A DNA stretch of 62,293 nt, counting the filler, from Stramenopiles sp. TOSAG23-2 (Eukaryota), in NCBI GenBank assembly GCA_900128395.1. It is 37 parts of 37 records of this genome, joined end to end, with 100 filler letters (N's around TTAATTAATTAA, not from the genome) between each part and the next. Parts side by side here need not be neighbours in the genome. Positions count along the whole stretch, not along the records: positions 46,121 to 49,280 come from LT651343.1; positions 49,381 to 52,535 come from LT651344.1; positions 52,636 to 55,788 come from LT651345.1; positions 55,889 to 59,041 come from LT651346.1; positions 59,142 to 62,293 come from LT651347.1; 32 more parts are not named here. One strand, 5' to 3'. The translations under genes were made by a program, and so were the position numbers. The notes under the pieces are model-generated. The model was given only the letters and a program-made list of their open reading frames with translations. It was not told the DNA's origin and did no database searches. Numbering within the stretch: position 1 is the stretch's first letter; each line of letters opens with the position of its first letter. Positions 48,078 to 60,510 of this stretch are shown piece after piece.

Positions 48078-49139
48078 TTATATAAAAATTGCATTTGGAT
48101 CCTCGAAATATACGTTGTGTGTTTTGAAATTATTCTGTGCTTCGTATTTCTTAAACAACGTTTTTAATTCTTTTAAATTTCTTTTACATCTCATTCGATC
48201 ACCGCGTTTAATACCTGCATGTTTACCATTCGTTGCTAATGCTTTTGCAATTTCCCATGGTGTTTGACCTTTATTCGATTTAGCATTTGCATTTGCACCA
48301 GCTTTTAATAACATTTCTACCATATTTAAACGTCCAGTTAATGATGCAAAATGAAGGGCAGTATAACCTCCTAAGGGACCATTATGTAATTTTGATGCTG
48401 TACTTGCATTTGCTTTTAATAATGCTTCTACGCTACGTTCATGACCTTCCCCTGCTGCATACATCAATGCACTTAATCCAGTTTTCATCGCTTGGTTTGG
48501 ATCTACCCCATTATCAATTAAATATTCAATCACTTCAAAATTACCAGTAAATGCAGCCGTGATTAAAAATGTACGTGAATCGATATCAATATAATCCAAT
48601 GGAAAACCAGTTTTTTTATGCTCAAATTCAAACTCTGCACGTGTTACATTATTACGATTACGCAATTTCTCCATGATTTTATCGACTCCATTGACTGAAT
48701 CTCGGTGCAATACTGATATAATTTCAATATCAAACGTAAGAATTGATCCAAATGGCACGTTGTGATCTTTCATTTTACCTTGTGCTACTAATATTGGTGG
48801 ATCTTTTGTAAGGTCTGAGGATAAGGTGACACGTAATTTTGAATTAACACAAGCATTTAATAGGGATTCACTAAAAGCAGATAATACTTCGTCTTCCCCT
48901 AATATGAAGATAAAAGGTGATCGTGTTGATGATTGATGAAACAAATTTGATGCTTGTGCTTCCGGCCCATTATAACCGATGTATAATAAAGATATACGAT
49001 CACCATGAGAAGCTTTACCTTTTGTACAATCACCAGTAGCTAAGTTTGTAATAGATATGCCATCTCGTAAGCTGGATGTTACAGTTGATGTTAATAATAC
49101 GGATATTAAGAGAATGGTTGCTGTTGTTGGTATGGTCAT
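48078..49139 (-). CDS. Signal peptide + FKBP-type PPIase domain + ankyrin repeats
   Basis: CTKGKASHGDRISLLYIG...PFIFILGEDEVL...ACVNSKLRV...VPFGSILTFDIEII (FKBP), then TGLSALMYAA, GYTALHFAS and GQTPWEIA (ankyrin). Confidence 0.88.
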   Translation of the reverse strand: MTIPTTATILLISVLLTSTVTSSLRDGISITNLATGDCTKGKASHGDRISLLYIGYNGPEAQASNLFHQSSTRSPFIFILGEDEVLSAFSESLLNACVNSKLRVTLSSDLTKDPPILVAQGKMKDHNVPFGSILTFDIEIISVLHRDSVNGVDKIMEKLRNRNNVTRAEFEFEHKKTGFPLDYIDIDSRTFLITAAFTGNFEVIEYLIDNGVDPNQAMKTGLSALMYAAGEGHERSVEALLKANASTASKLHNGPLGGYTALHFASLTGRLNMVEMLLKAGANANAKSNKGQTPWEIAKALATNGKHAGIKRGDRMRCKRNLKELKTLFKKYEAQNNFKTHNVYFEDPNAIFI

Positions 49140-49380
49140 TGTTTTTCCTTCGATTGGTGAGTTGTTGTTGTTGTGTATATTGTTGTTTGCTTTTGTTGAT
49201 TTATGACTAATGGAACTAGTTGTTGTTTTTGTAATAATTGTGTTTGACTTTCTTTCTTTCTTCTTTTGCGTAAAAGAGTTNNNNNNNNNNNNNNNNNNNN
49301 NNNNNNNNNNNNNNNNNNNNNNNNTTAATTAATTAANNNNNNNNNNNNNNNNNNNNNNNNNNNNNNNNNNNNNNNNNNNN

Positions 49381-50685
49381 CCCGTTGCTGTACTTGCTAA
49401 GGCATTGGTTAATGCACCTTTTATACATTGATTGCTACTACATTGTTTTGCCCATCTCCTTACCGCGGATGGACCATTTTCAACATGTTTCCAATTCAAT
49501 TTAACACGTTCATTCCCTCTACAAATACTACTAATACATTCAAAAACATGTATAACTACATGATCAGGAACAAGTATGGTTATATTATTATCTTGTCGTC
49601 CCGAGGTTGATGTTTTTTGTTGATCGATATTCAATATTTTTGAAAATATATTTAAAATATTATGCCCATGCTTAATACATATATTTTGTCCAATTTCATA
49701 TCTTGTAGTCATACTTTCCAACGCTTCGCAAGCGCATGAAACAACAGTCCATATATCGTTTTGGTAAATTTCATTTGGATCAATTACTGCTTCATAAAAA
49801 TCATTTAATTCTATTGCAATAATGTCAATCAATCCTATATCTACAGCATGATCTCTTAATTTTGGCGATTTTCTACATTTATTTGCCAATGAAATAAATG
49901 AAAATCCTTTTGGATTAATACCGGTTGTATATTCAATGAAACTACGTAAACACAATATTGATGAATACTCTAGAAATAAATCTTTTGATTTTAAATCCTT
50001 ATATATCAATGAAGTTAAACCATATACGGACATTATTCTACATCGTTTTACATCAGCATTTAAATAATCTTCTGTATCCTTTTGTTGTGTATCAATATTA
50101 TTATTATTATTATTATTTTCATGATCGTTGTTGTCATTATTAAATTTATATTTATTTGAATATTTATCGACCCAACAACATAATATATATACACCATTTC
50201 GATCAGCGATTGCTTCACGATTTACTACATGTTTTTCCGCCGCTTTCCAATACAAACGAGCTATCCCAATTTTTTCCAACATTATAGTTCCATCCATATT
50301 TTTATCATCACGATCATTGATACCACCATGAAGATTTTCAATGACATTTAATACTCCTGATTTATATATACGATCTTTTACTTTATCATTTGCATCGACT
50401 AATTCCGATAGTGCTAATAATGCTCGACCTCTTAATTTTGGATGTCCATGATATATTGAATCAATTAAAACATCATCAAATCCGTTTAAACGTGTAAATG
50501 CAATTTGTTGATCATAGATATTCGAAACAATTGCACCAAACCATCTACATAATTCTTCTAATAATGTTGGATATTTATCTATTGATGATACATATGCATC
50601 TATAGCTCGTTTTATAATGTCTTCAGTATGTAACAATTGTATCTCGACATTATCTAATGTTAAAAAATAAAGTGTTATTCCATTT
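49381..50685 (-). CDS. Armadillo-like helical repeat protein fragment; 5' end is a probable inversion junction
   Basis: Long ORF with ALLALSELVDANDKVKDRIYKSGVL, NREAIADRNGV and VFECISSICRGNERVK. Confidence 0.75.
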
Positions 50686-51417
50686 ATAAAAATCGTAGAC
50701 TTGGATCTGGTACAAATGATAACACTGGACAACCAAAATCTACAACAGGTAGATCGTTTGGAATTAATACATCAGGTACTGGTGGTAGTACAGGTAATGA
50801 AAATTTCAGTATGATGGGAAATTCGTCAAGTGGAATATTAAACGAAAAAACGCGAACGACGCGGTAACATGTTTACACACGCTATTCGACGAATTTCATG
50901 TAGAAGTAAATAAAAAATTTGAAACCGATTATCAATTACCTAGAAAGAAATAGAAACCTTTCACAATCTACCTAAACACAATGTCTTAAAACAAATACCT
51001 AACAATATTTATTTTTTTTTTAACATTTTGACAAGCCTCATGAGAATGGTAAGGAAAGTAGGAGAAGTGATATGGACAAGTCTTAAGCAGGAGAGTACGT
51101 AAAGGAGTAGAAAATGAAAGGGAAAAAGGTAGGTATGTTTAATTAAATATATATATATATATACATTTTTAATAGAGTTGTAGGGTGTATGTTTAAAAAG
51201 GGGTAAGATGATTAGCATTGAAATAATACTGAGAGTGCTATTTATATGCTAAATATTGATAAAAAAAATAAGATAGAAGATAATAATAAAAAGATGCACA
51301 AAATTCTATTTTATATAAATTAAAAACAAAGTAAAAGATAGGATACAACAACAATCATCATCATCAACTATCATCTCATAATCATTTGAAAAATACATTA
51401 CAAAAGTCACGACAACT

Positions 51418-51963
51418 ATGATGGATCCACAATTGAAATTGTATTACGATCAATTGGAAGTAACATTTTTATTGGCATTTGTAATAGTAGTTGGTGGAAC
51501 GTATTATTTTAATGTGGATGTACGAAAACATAATAAACAACGTAATTTGAATATTATCATATCAATTTTTCTTGGTTTATTATCTGGGACGATATTTTTC
51601 TTTGCTATTGCTGTTTTATGTGGAGCACCGCTTGTTGACAAGCATTATGAGACTGCTTTATGGAGTGCACTGCAAGCTCTTTTTTGTTTTGTCCCTTTAT
51701 TTTTAACGTATGGTGTTGATATAAAATTAATCTATGATATATACATATTAGGAATTGTTCGTTCATCAACGCAAAATTTTATATATTTGACTGGATTATT
51801 TTCCATTTTTGGTAGTATTGTTGGTACATTTTTTATTCCATTAGATGTTAATGAATTATGGCAAGAATGGCCAATTACTGTATTTGTAGGATGTATTTGT
51901 GGTTATTTACTTGGCTTTTTATTATGGTGCTTGAAATGTGGAAAGAAAATTATAAAAAAGTAA
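51418..51963 (+). CDS. PIGF: GPI ethanolamine-phosphate transferase subunit PIG-F/Gpi11
   Basis: AVLCGAPL...ETALWS and GTFFIPLDVNELWQEWPI match the PIG-F signatures (VLFGAP, PLDWDRPWQ.WPI). Confidence 0.9.
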   Translation: MMDPQLKLYYDQLEVTFLLAFVIVVGGTYYFNVDVRKHNKQRNLNIIISIFLGLLSGTIFFFAIAVLCGAPLVDKHYETALWSALQALFCFVPLFLTYGVDIKLIYDIYILGIVRSSTQNFIYLTGLFSIFGSIVGTFFIPLDVNELWQEWPITVFVGCICGYLLGFLLWCLKCGKKIIKK

Positions 51964-52078
51964 AAATATATTTTTTAAACATACAGGTATATCTATATTT
52001 ACAACAAGAAAAATATTTGCGTATATATATTCATTATTTTTTTTTATGAAAAAAAATATGGATACTTTTAAATATTTT

Positions 52079-52117
<39 letters not shown>

Positions 52118-52535
52118 TTCTTTTACGTACATATACACACACATAGATATATACATAATACAACGTATCTAATATATTACAAACCTGTGGAATAAAATGG
52201 TGACAATCTAGGTGGTCGTAAAATATTATGGTGCTTGAAATGTGGAAAGAAAATTATAAAAAAGTAAAAATATATTTAAACATATTTATTACAACAAGAA
52301 AAATATTTGCGTATCTTATTAATATATATATATATTCATTATGATATTTTTTATGAAAAAAAAAATGATACTTTTAAATATTTTAAAATCTCTCTCTCTC
52401 TCTCTCTCCACACAATTCTTTTACGTACATAATATATATATATATATACACATAGATATGTACATAATACAACACGTATCTCTAATATATTACAAACCTG
52501 TGGAATAAAATGGTGACAATCTAGGTGGTCGTAAA
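51921..52535. repeat. ~300-bp diverged tandem duplication of the PIG-F 3' end/UTR
   Basis: 51921-52222 recurs at 52225-52535 with indels and different (TA)n/(CT)n lengths. Confidence 0.88.
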
Positions 52536-53178
52536 NNNNNNNNNNNNNNNNNNNNNNNNNNNNNNNNNNNNNNNNNNNNTTAATTAATTAANNNNNNNNN
52601 NNNNNNNNNNNNNNNNNNNNNNNNNNNNNNNNNNNATGGTAGTAGTGGAGGGGCTTATCATGAGCTTGATGAAGATTTATTGAGTAATATCAATAGCGAT
52701 ATAAGATAAAGAGTGCGTTGGCGGTGAATGGTGAAGATTGAAGAGAGAGAGGAGAGAGGAGAGAGAGGAGAGAGAGAGAGAGAGTGAGAAGAAAGAAAGG
52801 AGGAGAGAGGAGAAGAGAAAAATGACACGGAAATTTCGATATAATTATCTCGATTTATCAAATTTTTATCTCGGCTCGCAATACATTTAATTTAAAATTA
52901 GTTTTTAACACGCACTCGTTTTTCCTCTGCTGCTGCGCATGTGCGCATTAAATATAAATTAAATAATTAAAATTACACTTTTTCCTTTTCTTTATTTCAT
53001 AAGCTAAAATACCCCTTATGGACCACACGGATTAGGAATTTTATAGGAGACGAGGAGTGTGATGCTGTCTCTATCGTAAAGACAATTAGCACTCGGATAC
53101 CATTGGGGCATCATGTGTTCGTATTGTTAGGAATAGGGTTATAATTTCCCCACCGTATAGCACCTGGATACCATGAGG

Positions 53179-53558
53179 AATAATTATTAGTATAACTAAA
53201 TGGAAATATAGTAATAAAAAATATAGATGGGATCATTTATAGATAACACGCATTATATAATGTATTATTATAATAAATATAATAAATGATTGCGATATTG
53301 GGGGTAATAATATTGCAATAAAAAATAATTATTAGTATAACTAAATGGAAATATAGTAATAAAAAATATAGATGGGATCATTTATAGATAACACGCATTA
53401 TATAATGTATTATTATAATAAATATAATAAATGATTGCGATATTGGGGGTAATAATATTGCAATAAAATCGGTAATTTAATATAATGTATTATTATAATA
53501 AATATAATAAATGATTGCGATATTGGGGGTAATAATATTGCAATAAAATCGGTAATTT
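53179..53558. repeat. 145-bp tandem duplication plus a partial third copy
   Basis: Units start at 53179 and 53324; a partial copy starts at about 53481. Confidence 0.88.
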
Positions 53559-53933
53559 ATAATATATACATAGTATTAATTGATATATTTGGTATTTGAT
53601 TTGTTTAGATCCATGTCTGATTTCGGTTAATCATTTGTAGTGCTGTTGCATGCTATCAATAGAAAGATTTTGATGTCTTTTTCTGTCTCTCTGCATCGTC
53701 TCCAATAAATAGGCATGCAGGCTTGGTAGTATACAACATCGTTTCCAATCCAAAACCATCTCAAAAATCATCAAAAATCATCAAAAAATGTTAAATGAAA
53801 TAATAAATCATTACTCGTCAGCTGCGAATTACAGAATATATTCCATGATTGCAGAAGCAAAATAACATATTGGTTGTCTCTCAATTGATACATATATATA
53901 ATAATAAATTCGAGGCAAGACAACAAAACAAAC

Positions 53934-55788
53934 ATGAATATTATGAGAACAAATTTATTTTCAATTATAAAAAAACAATCTTATAAATTATTTACAAAAA
54001 AGAAGATTTTGATAGCATTATTTGTCGTTGTTGGTTTCTTTTTTAATTTAATAATACCAATAAATTCACAAACGGAATGGGATTGTTCTGCTACAACAAA
54101 TGAAGGTACGTTTAAAGTTAATAATGATTGTACCATATCAGGTAGTGATCACGTATCTGTATTGAATACGTTAGAAATTGATGGTATAAATACGGATATG
54201 AATAATTTAATTATTATAACTGCTGCAAGTAAACATCGTCATTTTTATTTGAATAATGCAAATGCTAAGTTAATATTACGTTATTTAAAATTAGTTGGTG
54301 GGGATGTTAGTAGTTATAGTAGTAGTCCTGATGAATATGGTGGATCAATATGTATCTATACAAACGGTGGTGAATTAAATTTATATTCATCTATTGTATA
54401 TAGAAATTGATGGTATAAATACGGATATGAATAATTTAATTATTATAACTGCTGCAAGTAAACATCGTCATTTTTATTTGAATAATGCAAATGCTAAGTT
54501 AATATTACGTTATTTAAAATTAGTTGGTGGGGATGTTAGTAGTTATAGTAGTAGTCCTGATGAATATGGTGGATCAATATGTATCTATACAAACGGTGGT
54601 GAATTAAATTTATATTCATCTATTGTATTTAATAATAAAGCTAGAACTGGTGGTGGAATACGTGCATATGGTGCTAGTATTAGTACGAATAGGAATGCGA
54701 TTATGAATATATATTATAGTATTATTCAGAATAATGAAGCTACTTATCATGGTGGTGGTATTTATATAGGTAATGCTGTTGCTACTATATACAATACTAC
54801 GATTGACAATAATCAAGCTAGTCAGTATGGTGGTGGTGGTGGTATGTCTATATGGGACAGTGATGTAACAATGAAGAATACAATCATATCAAATAATGAT
54901 GCTGGTTATGGAGGCGGCGGCCTCCATATAGCATGGGATAGCACAGTCATCCTCCGTCAATCATCATTTATCAATAATGATGCAACTAATGATGGCAGTG
55001 AAATATATACAGGAGGATCACCAACCATATCATTAATAAATACATATTTCAACAATCCAAATAATAATAATAATATTTATGATTATGGTACACCAACATG
55101 GAAAACATGTTCAAATAATTTATGTACGGAAAAAACATTTACTGGCACATGTCATGAAACAAACAATAATAATTATAATGTTGGAGTTGCATGTGCATGT
55201 TCAATAACTAATAACTTTGATTGCGTAGTATGTGGTATTGGGAAATTAAATCCTTTGAAAAGTCAAACATACCAAACAGCTTGCAAAAAATGTGGTGTTG
55301 GTAAATTTAATAAATTACAAGGCCAATCAAATTGCACAAGCTGTGGTGTTGGCAAATTCAATGATTTACAAGGCCAAAGAAAAAGCTTGCAAGACATGTG
55401 GCGTTGGTAAATATACGAATGTTGACCAATCAACTTGCACAAGCTGTGGCATTGGCAAATTCAATGATTTACAAGGCCAATCAAACGAAAAAGCTTGCAA
55501 GACATGTGGCGTTGGTAAATATACGAATGTTGACCAATCAACTTGCACAAGCTGTGGCATTGGCAAATTCAATGATTTACAAGGCCAATCAAACGAAAAA
55601 GCTTGCAAGACATGTGGCGTTGGTAAATATACGAATGTTGACCAATCAAATTGCACTAGCTGTGGCATTGGTAAATTTAATAGTTTACAAGGCCAATTAA
55701 ATGAAATAGCTTGCAAAAAATGTGACATTGGTCAATTTAATAAATTACAAGGCCAATCAAATTGCACAAGCTGTGGTGTTGGTAAATT
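53934..55788 (+). CDS. Surface/secreted protein: beta-helix (pectin-lyase/Pmp-like GG.I repeats) + Cys-rich GCC2/GCC3-type repeats; broken by a duplication and a frameshift, 3'-truncated
   Basis: Hydrophobic signal/anchor, then NNKARTGGGI, NNEATYHGGGI, NNDAGYGGGGL, then 108-bp units EKACKTCGVGKYTNVDQSTCTSCGIGKFNDLQGQSN. There is a 229-bp duplication (54172/54401) and a 5-nt loss near 55377. Confidence 0.8.
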
Positions 55789-56300
55789 NNNNNNNNNNNN
55801 NNNNNNNNNNNNNNNNNNNNNNNNNNNNNNNNTTAATTAATTAANNNNNNNNNNNNNNNNNNNNNNNNNNNNNNNNNNNNNNNNNNNNCATAATTGTTTG
55901 GAAATTGCAGCCATTTTCTTGTGTGTCGTGCTGTCTGCACGCTTTCCGTAATGCTGTGTACCGCCTATAATATTAAGGTCATATATATCATTAGTGCATT
56001 AGTTATAAATTAAATATATTTCATACTATCATATAAAAAAACAGAAAAGAAAAGCTATGCATATCCGATATACAGTAGTGATGTCACTCTTGGTGAAAAT
56101 GTAAATTATCATGAGAGTAAATTAACAAATAAATTTTAAGAAGCGTATATATTAAGTAAATTAAATAAAAATACACGAGAGTATTTATTTCCAATACGAG
56201 TATATTATATTACGAAGTCTGAAAATAATATCGTATGATACGGTTCGTTAAATTTTAATCATCATCAGCAGCAGTGTAATTAAAAAGTGTGTTCTTTTTT

Positions 56301-59041
56301 TTAAAACGACGATGTCATTATACCACGTTGTTTAGCGATTCTTTGGACTAATTTGCGATTATTACCGTCATTATCAGTTTCATTTTCCATCATACCATCC
56401 TCTTCATTTGCAAGTGATGTTAATTCATCTTTGTTCATTTCAAAAATTTTCTTTAATGGCGTCATTAATTTTCCAGCTTTAACACCAAGTGCTGATAATA
56501 CATTTAACATATATGTAATATCAACAACTAATTGTTTCGCTCCAATATCTGATATAAATCGGATACTTAAAATACTATTTACAAACAAAGCCATTGCACC
56601 TGATGCACTAACAGCTACCCATGCTTTCGAAAAATCATTCCAACTTTCATTCGATGCATCTTCAAATAGTTCACGGTTATCAACACCTAACTCATCAATT
56701 AAATTCTTCCAATCGTTTTTCACTAAATTTTGAACTTCATCGAATGTTATTGCACCTTCTTGCAATGGCTGAAAATCACCAAATTGTTCAAGACGTTGTA
56801 CAAGGGAAAGCAAACTTTCACCAATCAAGGTAGCATATTCAAGAGGTCCACCCAAACCACCAGTACCACCTAATGAACCCACCACAGCTAAGGGATTGTA
56901 TACACTATTGCTATTCATCCCTCCGTCATCATTATCTTCATCGTTTGCTTCTGTTAGCTTACCCCAAACTTTGTATTTAGACACTTGTCCTAAATGATAT
57001 TTTGTTGGTGCAATAGTTATTTCATACATTAAACGTAATGTCCGTTCAATCGAACTATCGATATATCTTATCACGTCAGAAAACACATCGATTTCATTGT
57101 TTTCCAATTTGCTGATGAAGGTATGCAACGATTTTTTTAATTCTTTATTTTTAACAACACGTATAGTTGCAAGACTTTTGGAAATATGTATCATATCATC
57201 GTTTGATTCTTGCAAATACCGCCCATTTACTTTAAAAGACGCCTTCTTTTTGTTCATAATCTCTTCTACACTTTTTTTACCAAGCATGCGACGTGGCTTT
57301 AATTTTTCATTTCCACTATCATTATCATCATCATTATTAGTAGTGGCATTTAAAATTAACTTAGTCCTTTCTATAATTTTTAAATTTGATCGTTCATGAT
57401 ATTTGCCCCATTGTCCTTTTATTTTACAATTAAATGAAATTAAACGTATGCAAAGTTCTAATACTTCCCAAAATCGGTTTTCGGGTGTAGTCTTATGTCG
57501 TTTCTTATTATTTTTCTTATTATTGTCGCCATCACCATTGTCCTCATATATATTATCCAAACGTACCATTTTTCTAATTTCATCACGTATATTATTTTGC
57601 AATGAAAGGATTGTTTTCATCATATCCCGAACAGCATGTCCAAATCCATTAATTAGAGTACCGTGTGTCACATCTAGGCTTACGTTCAGCGATTTATCAA
57701 TCGTATTGATAATTTGAGGCATCACAGAATTAACTTCACGTAAATATTGCAATATATCCCAACTAGTTTTTAAATCGACATCAATGTTTCTTTTGGTGAA
57801 AATATCTTCAATTTTTAGCTTCAAATCTTCCAATACGAATAATTCATANNNNNNNNNNNNNNNNNNNNNNNNNNNNNNNNNNNNNNNNNNNNNNNNNNNN
57901 NNNNNNNNNNNNNNNNNNNNNNNNNNNNNNNNNNNNNNNNNNNNNNNNNNNNNNNNNNNNNNNNNNNNNNNNNNNNNNNNNNNNNNNNNNNNNNATTGAG
58001 AAAATTTTTCTTCAAATGGTTTAAATACATACAGCAAAGTATTTTCTACTTCTATATCCATCGCTGCTAACGTTGAGAGCTTTAGTGCATTTTTTTGTTG
58101 CCCCGATTTTAACCTATCTGTAATTGATATTAATAACATTTCAATTGCAGATATAAATGCCGTAGTAGTTTGATATACATTAACAAAATCATCCATTGCA
58201 AATATGGAAGAGTCCAAACGTTCATTGAAGGATTCTTGAATTGGTATGAAAACATCTTTTAAAATTTGATTGAAAATTGAAAAAATATTGTTTGGGAAAT
58301 GCTTCAGACAACGCTTTGTTTCTACATATAACGATGACAATATGGCTTCATAAAATGATTGCAACCAATTTAAAAAGTCTTTATCAGCATTTGAATCATA
58401 AATATCCCATTTTGATTTTAATATTTTTGACATGTTATTTGCATACATATTAATTAAATCTTCTTGTCCACCTAATGTTTCGTATACTTTCACGTAGTAT
58501 TCAAAATTTTCACTCGATTCATCCACAAGCACCATTTCAACTCGAGGTGATAATTGCTTTTGTAAACTATTTTGCAAAGAATGCAATACTTTCTCTCTGT
58601 CTTCCGCAAGTGGCAAATCTTCCAATAATTTAATACTATTTCTTAAAACTTGATATTGCTCTGCTGCTTTATGTAAATCACCAACATTTAACGCTTCATC
58701 CATTAATCGAATATTTTGATCCCATGATGCACTTTTTGCGAATTTAGTAGATACTTCTGTCATATTTTGCTTTACAATATCTAAACGCAACAATTGATCA
58801 ATAACATCATCTTCACCACCTTCCGCATTATTATTATCATTGTTATTTTTTTCCAATGATGATATTTCTTCAATTACCTTCCCTAATTCTTGTTTCAATA
58901 GGCCAGCCTCTCGTTCCATTTTTGCCATAGATCGATTTAAAGCTGGGACTGATAATACGATATCTTGCATAGTTTCCTCTGCTTTTAAACTCACTTCTTC
59001 CATTTGATATTGTAGCTTCATTATTATCGAATTTACTTCTT
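56301..59041 (-). CDS. COG7: Conserved oligomeric Golgi complex subunit 7, 5'-truncated, with a scaffold gap at 57849-57994
   Basis: MKLQ...EETMQDIVLSVP, LDIVKQNM...W, PLEYATLIGESLLSLVQRLE and GAKQLVVDITYMLNVLSALG are COG7 motifs. Confidence 0.88.
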
Positions 59042-59175
59042 NNNNNNNNNNNNNNNNNNNNNNNNNNNNNNNNNNNNNNNNNNNNTTAATTAATTAANNN
59101 NNNNNNNNNNNNNNNNNNNNNNNNNNNNNNNNNNNNNNNNNTTAATATACGTTCGTATGATACCAAATACATTTA

Positions 59176-60186
59176 TTACACACCAATTGAATTTAACGAT
59201 ATTACATTTGTTATATCCAATTTAAATAATTTATGATTCTCATCATTACAAGAGATTAATTTACGGTTCATTATCTCATCTTTAATCTCTTCCATCAATT
59301 TCTGATTCTCTAATAATATATTTGTTGGGCATGTAAATGCATAACATATTATATTTTGCTGTTCCTTGTTGATTGTATTATCTTGTGAGTTGAACGAAAT
59401 TGTAAATGACGTTAATGGAACATTTGATAGACAATTGTTTGCGGAAGATATACAATAAATAATTGGATAATTCAACATCATACCTTGCAATGCAATCATA
59501 TCAATATCATTTTTCTCATCCAACATCATGTTAATGTCCTTGTTGTTTATTTCAACATGAGAATTATTGTAAGTATTATTATTTTTTACATCATTGTTGT
59601 TCTTCTTAATTTTTTTTACGATGATATTTAATGCTTCGTGATATTTCTTAATTACGTTTATATCAGTTATTCTCTTGGGATCTTTTAATTCATAGCTTAT
59701 ATCAACAAACCCTTGATTGGAAAGTGTATTGTTATCAATCAATATATCTATTCTATTAACATTTATCAGAAACATACTTGTGTTGTTGGTAAAATAAGCT
59801 GCTTCAACATCACTAAAATTGTCAATACTATTATTTACAATTGAAACTACATAAATATGATTTAATTTTAAGCAAGCAATTAATTCAACCAGCTCTATTT
59901 TAGAAAAGGCTCCGTGATCATACAAAAATGTTGTTCTTAAATTATGCACAAGACAATAAATTTCTATTGCTAGTTCATACGCGCGTTTGAACATATAATT
60001 TTTCTTTTTTTTCAATTGTTTTTTACTCATTTTGCTATAATTTTGCTTATCATTATGAATTCTTCCATGGTAATTAATATGTTGTTCCTGTTGTTGCACA
60101 AAATGATTGTTAGACGATGTAAATTCTGTATCATCATTTATAAATTCTAAAATTCTTGCATGTATTTCTTTTACTTCACTTGCCAT
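59176..60186 (-). CDS. C1orf74/UPF0739 (DUF4504)-like protein
   Basis: LRTTFLYDH, LQGMMLNYPIIY, NNCLSNVPL and YAFTCPTN parallel recalled DUF4504 motifs. Confidence 0.65.
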   Translation of the reverse strand: MASEVKEIHARILEFINDDTEFTSSNNHFVQQQEQHINYHGRIHNDKQNYSKMSKKQLKKKKNYMFKRAYELAIEIYCLVHNLRTTFLYDHGAFSKIELVELIACLKLNHIYVVSIVNNSIDNFSDVEAAYFTNNTSMFLINVNRIDILIDNNTLSNQGFVDISYELKDPKRITDINVIKKYHEALNIIVKKIKKNNNDVKNNNTYNNSHVEINNKDINMMLDEKNDIDMIALQGMMLNYPIIYCISSANNCLSNVPLTSFTISFNSQDNTINKEQQNIICYAFTCPTNILLENQKLMEEIKDEIMNRKLISCNDENHKLFKLDITNVISLNSIGV

Positions 60187-60510
60187 GTTTTGCTAGACCT
60201 ATTGTTGCTTTGATTGAAATTTTCTATTTCTATTTTTTCACTTTGTGTTTCTATTATTCCATTTATTGTATTAATTTTACTACTACGATGAGGTTCTATT
60301 GACAACTTGATGACAACAAAACAATTTTTTATATATCAATCCATTCAGTACAATCGAAGGACGATATTACTACTAAAAATAATAATCGTGAAATAGAATG
60401 TAAAAATATGATATAATTCTTAATATAAATTTTGGGTATCTTTATCGTTTCCAACAAACAGAGCATAAAATAAGTTGAATTCTATTCGAAAATCTCTTTT
60501 ATAATATCAA

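Noticed and set aside
54172-54627. Biological domain duplication in the beta-helix gene
   Set aside because: The 229-bp copy is identical and out of frame; most likely an amplification or assembly artefact.
5544-57717. Numerous antisense and short alternative-frame ORFs in the track
   Set aside because: They are shadows of real genes on the opposite strand or AT-rich noise, without recognisable motifs.
1006-59141. TTAATTAATTAA flanked by Ns as a biological repeat, and gene neighbourhoods across it
   Set aside because: It is a synthetic concatenation linker; the contigs are ordered by size, not by genome position.
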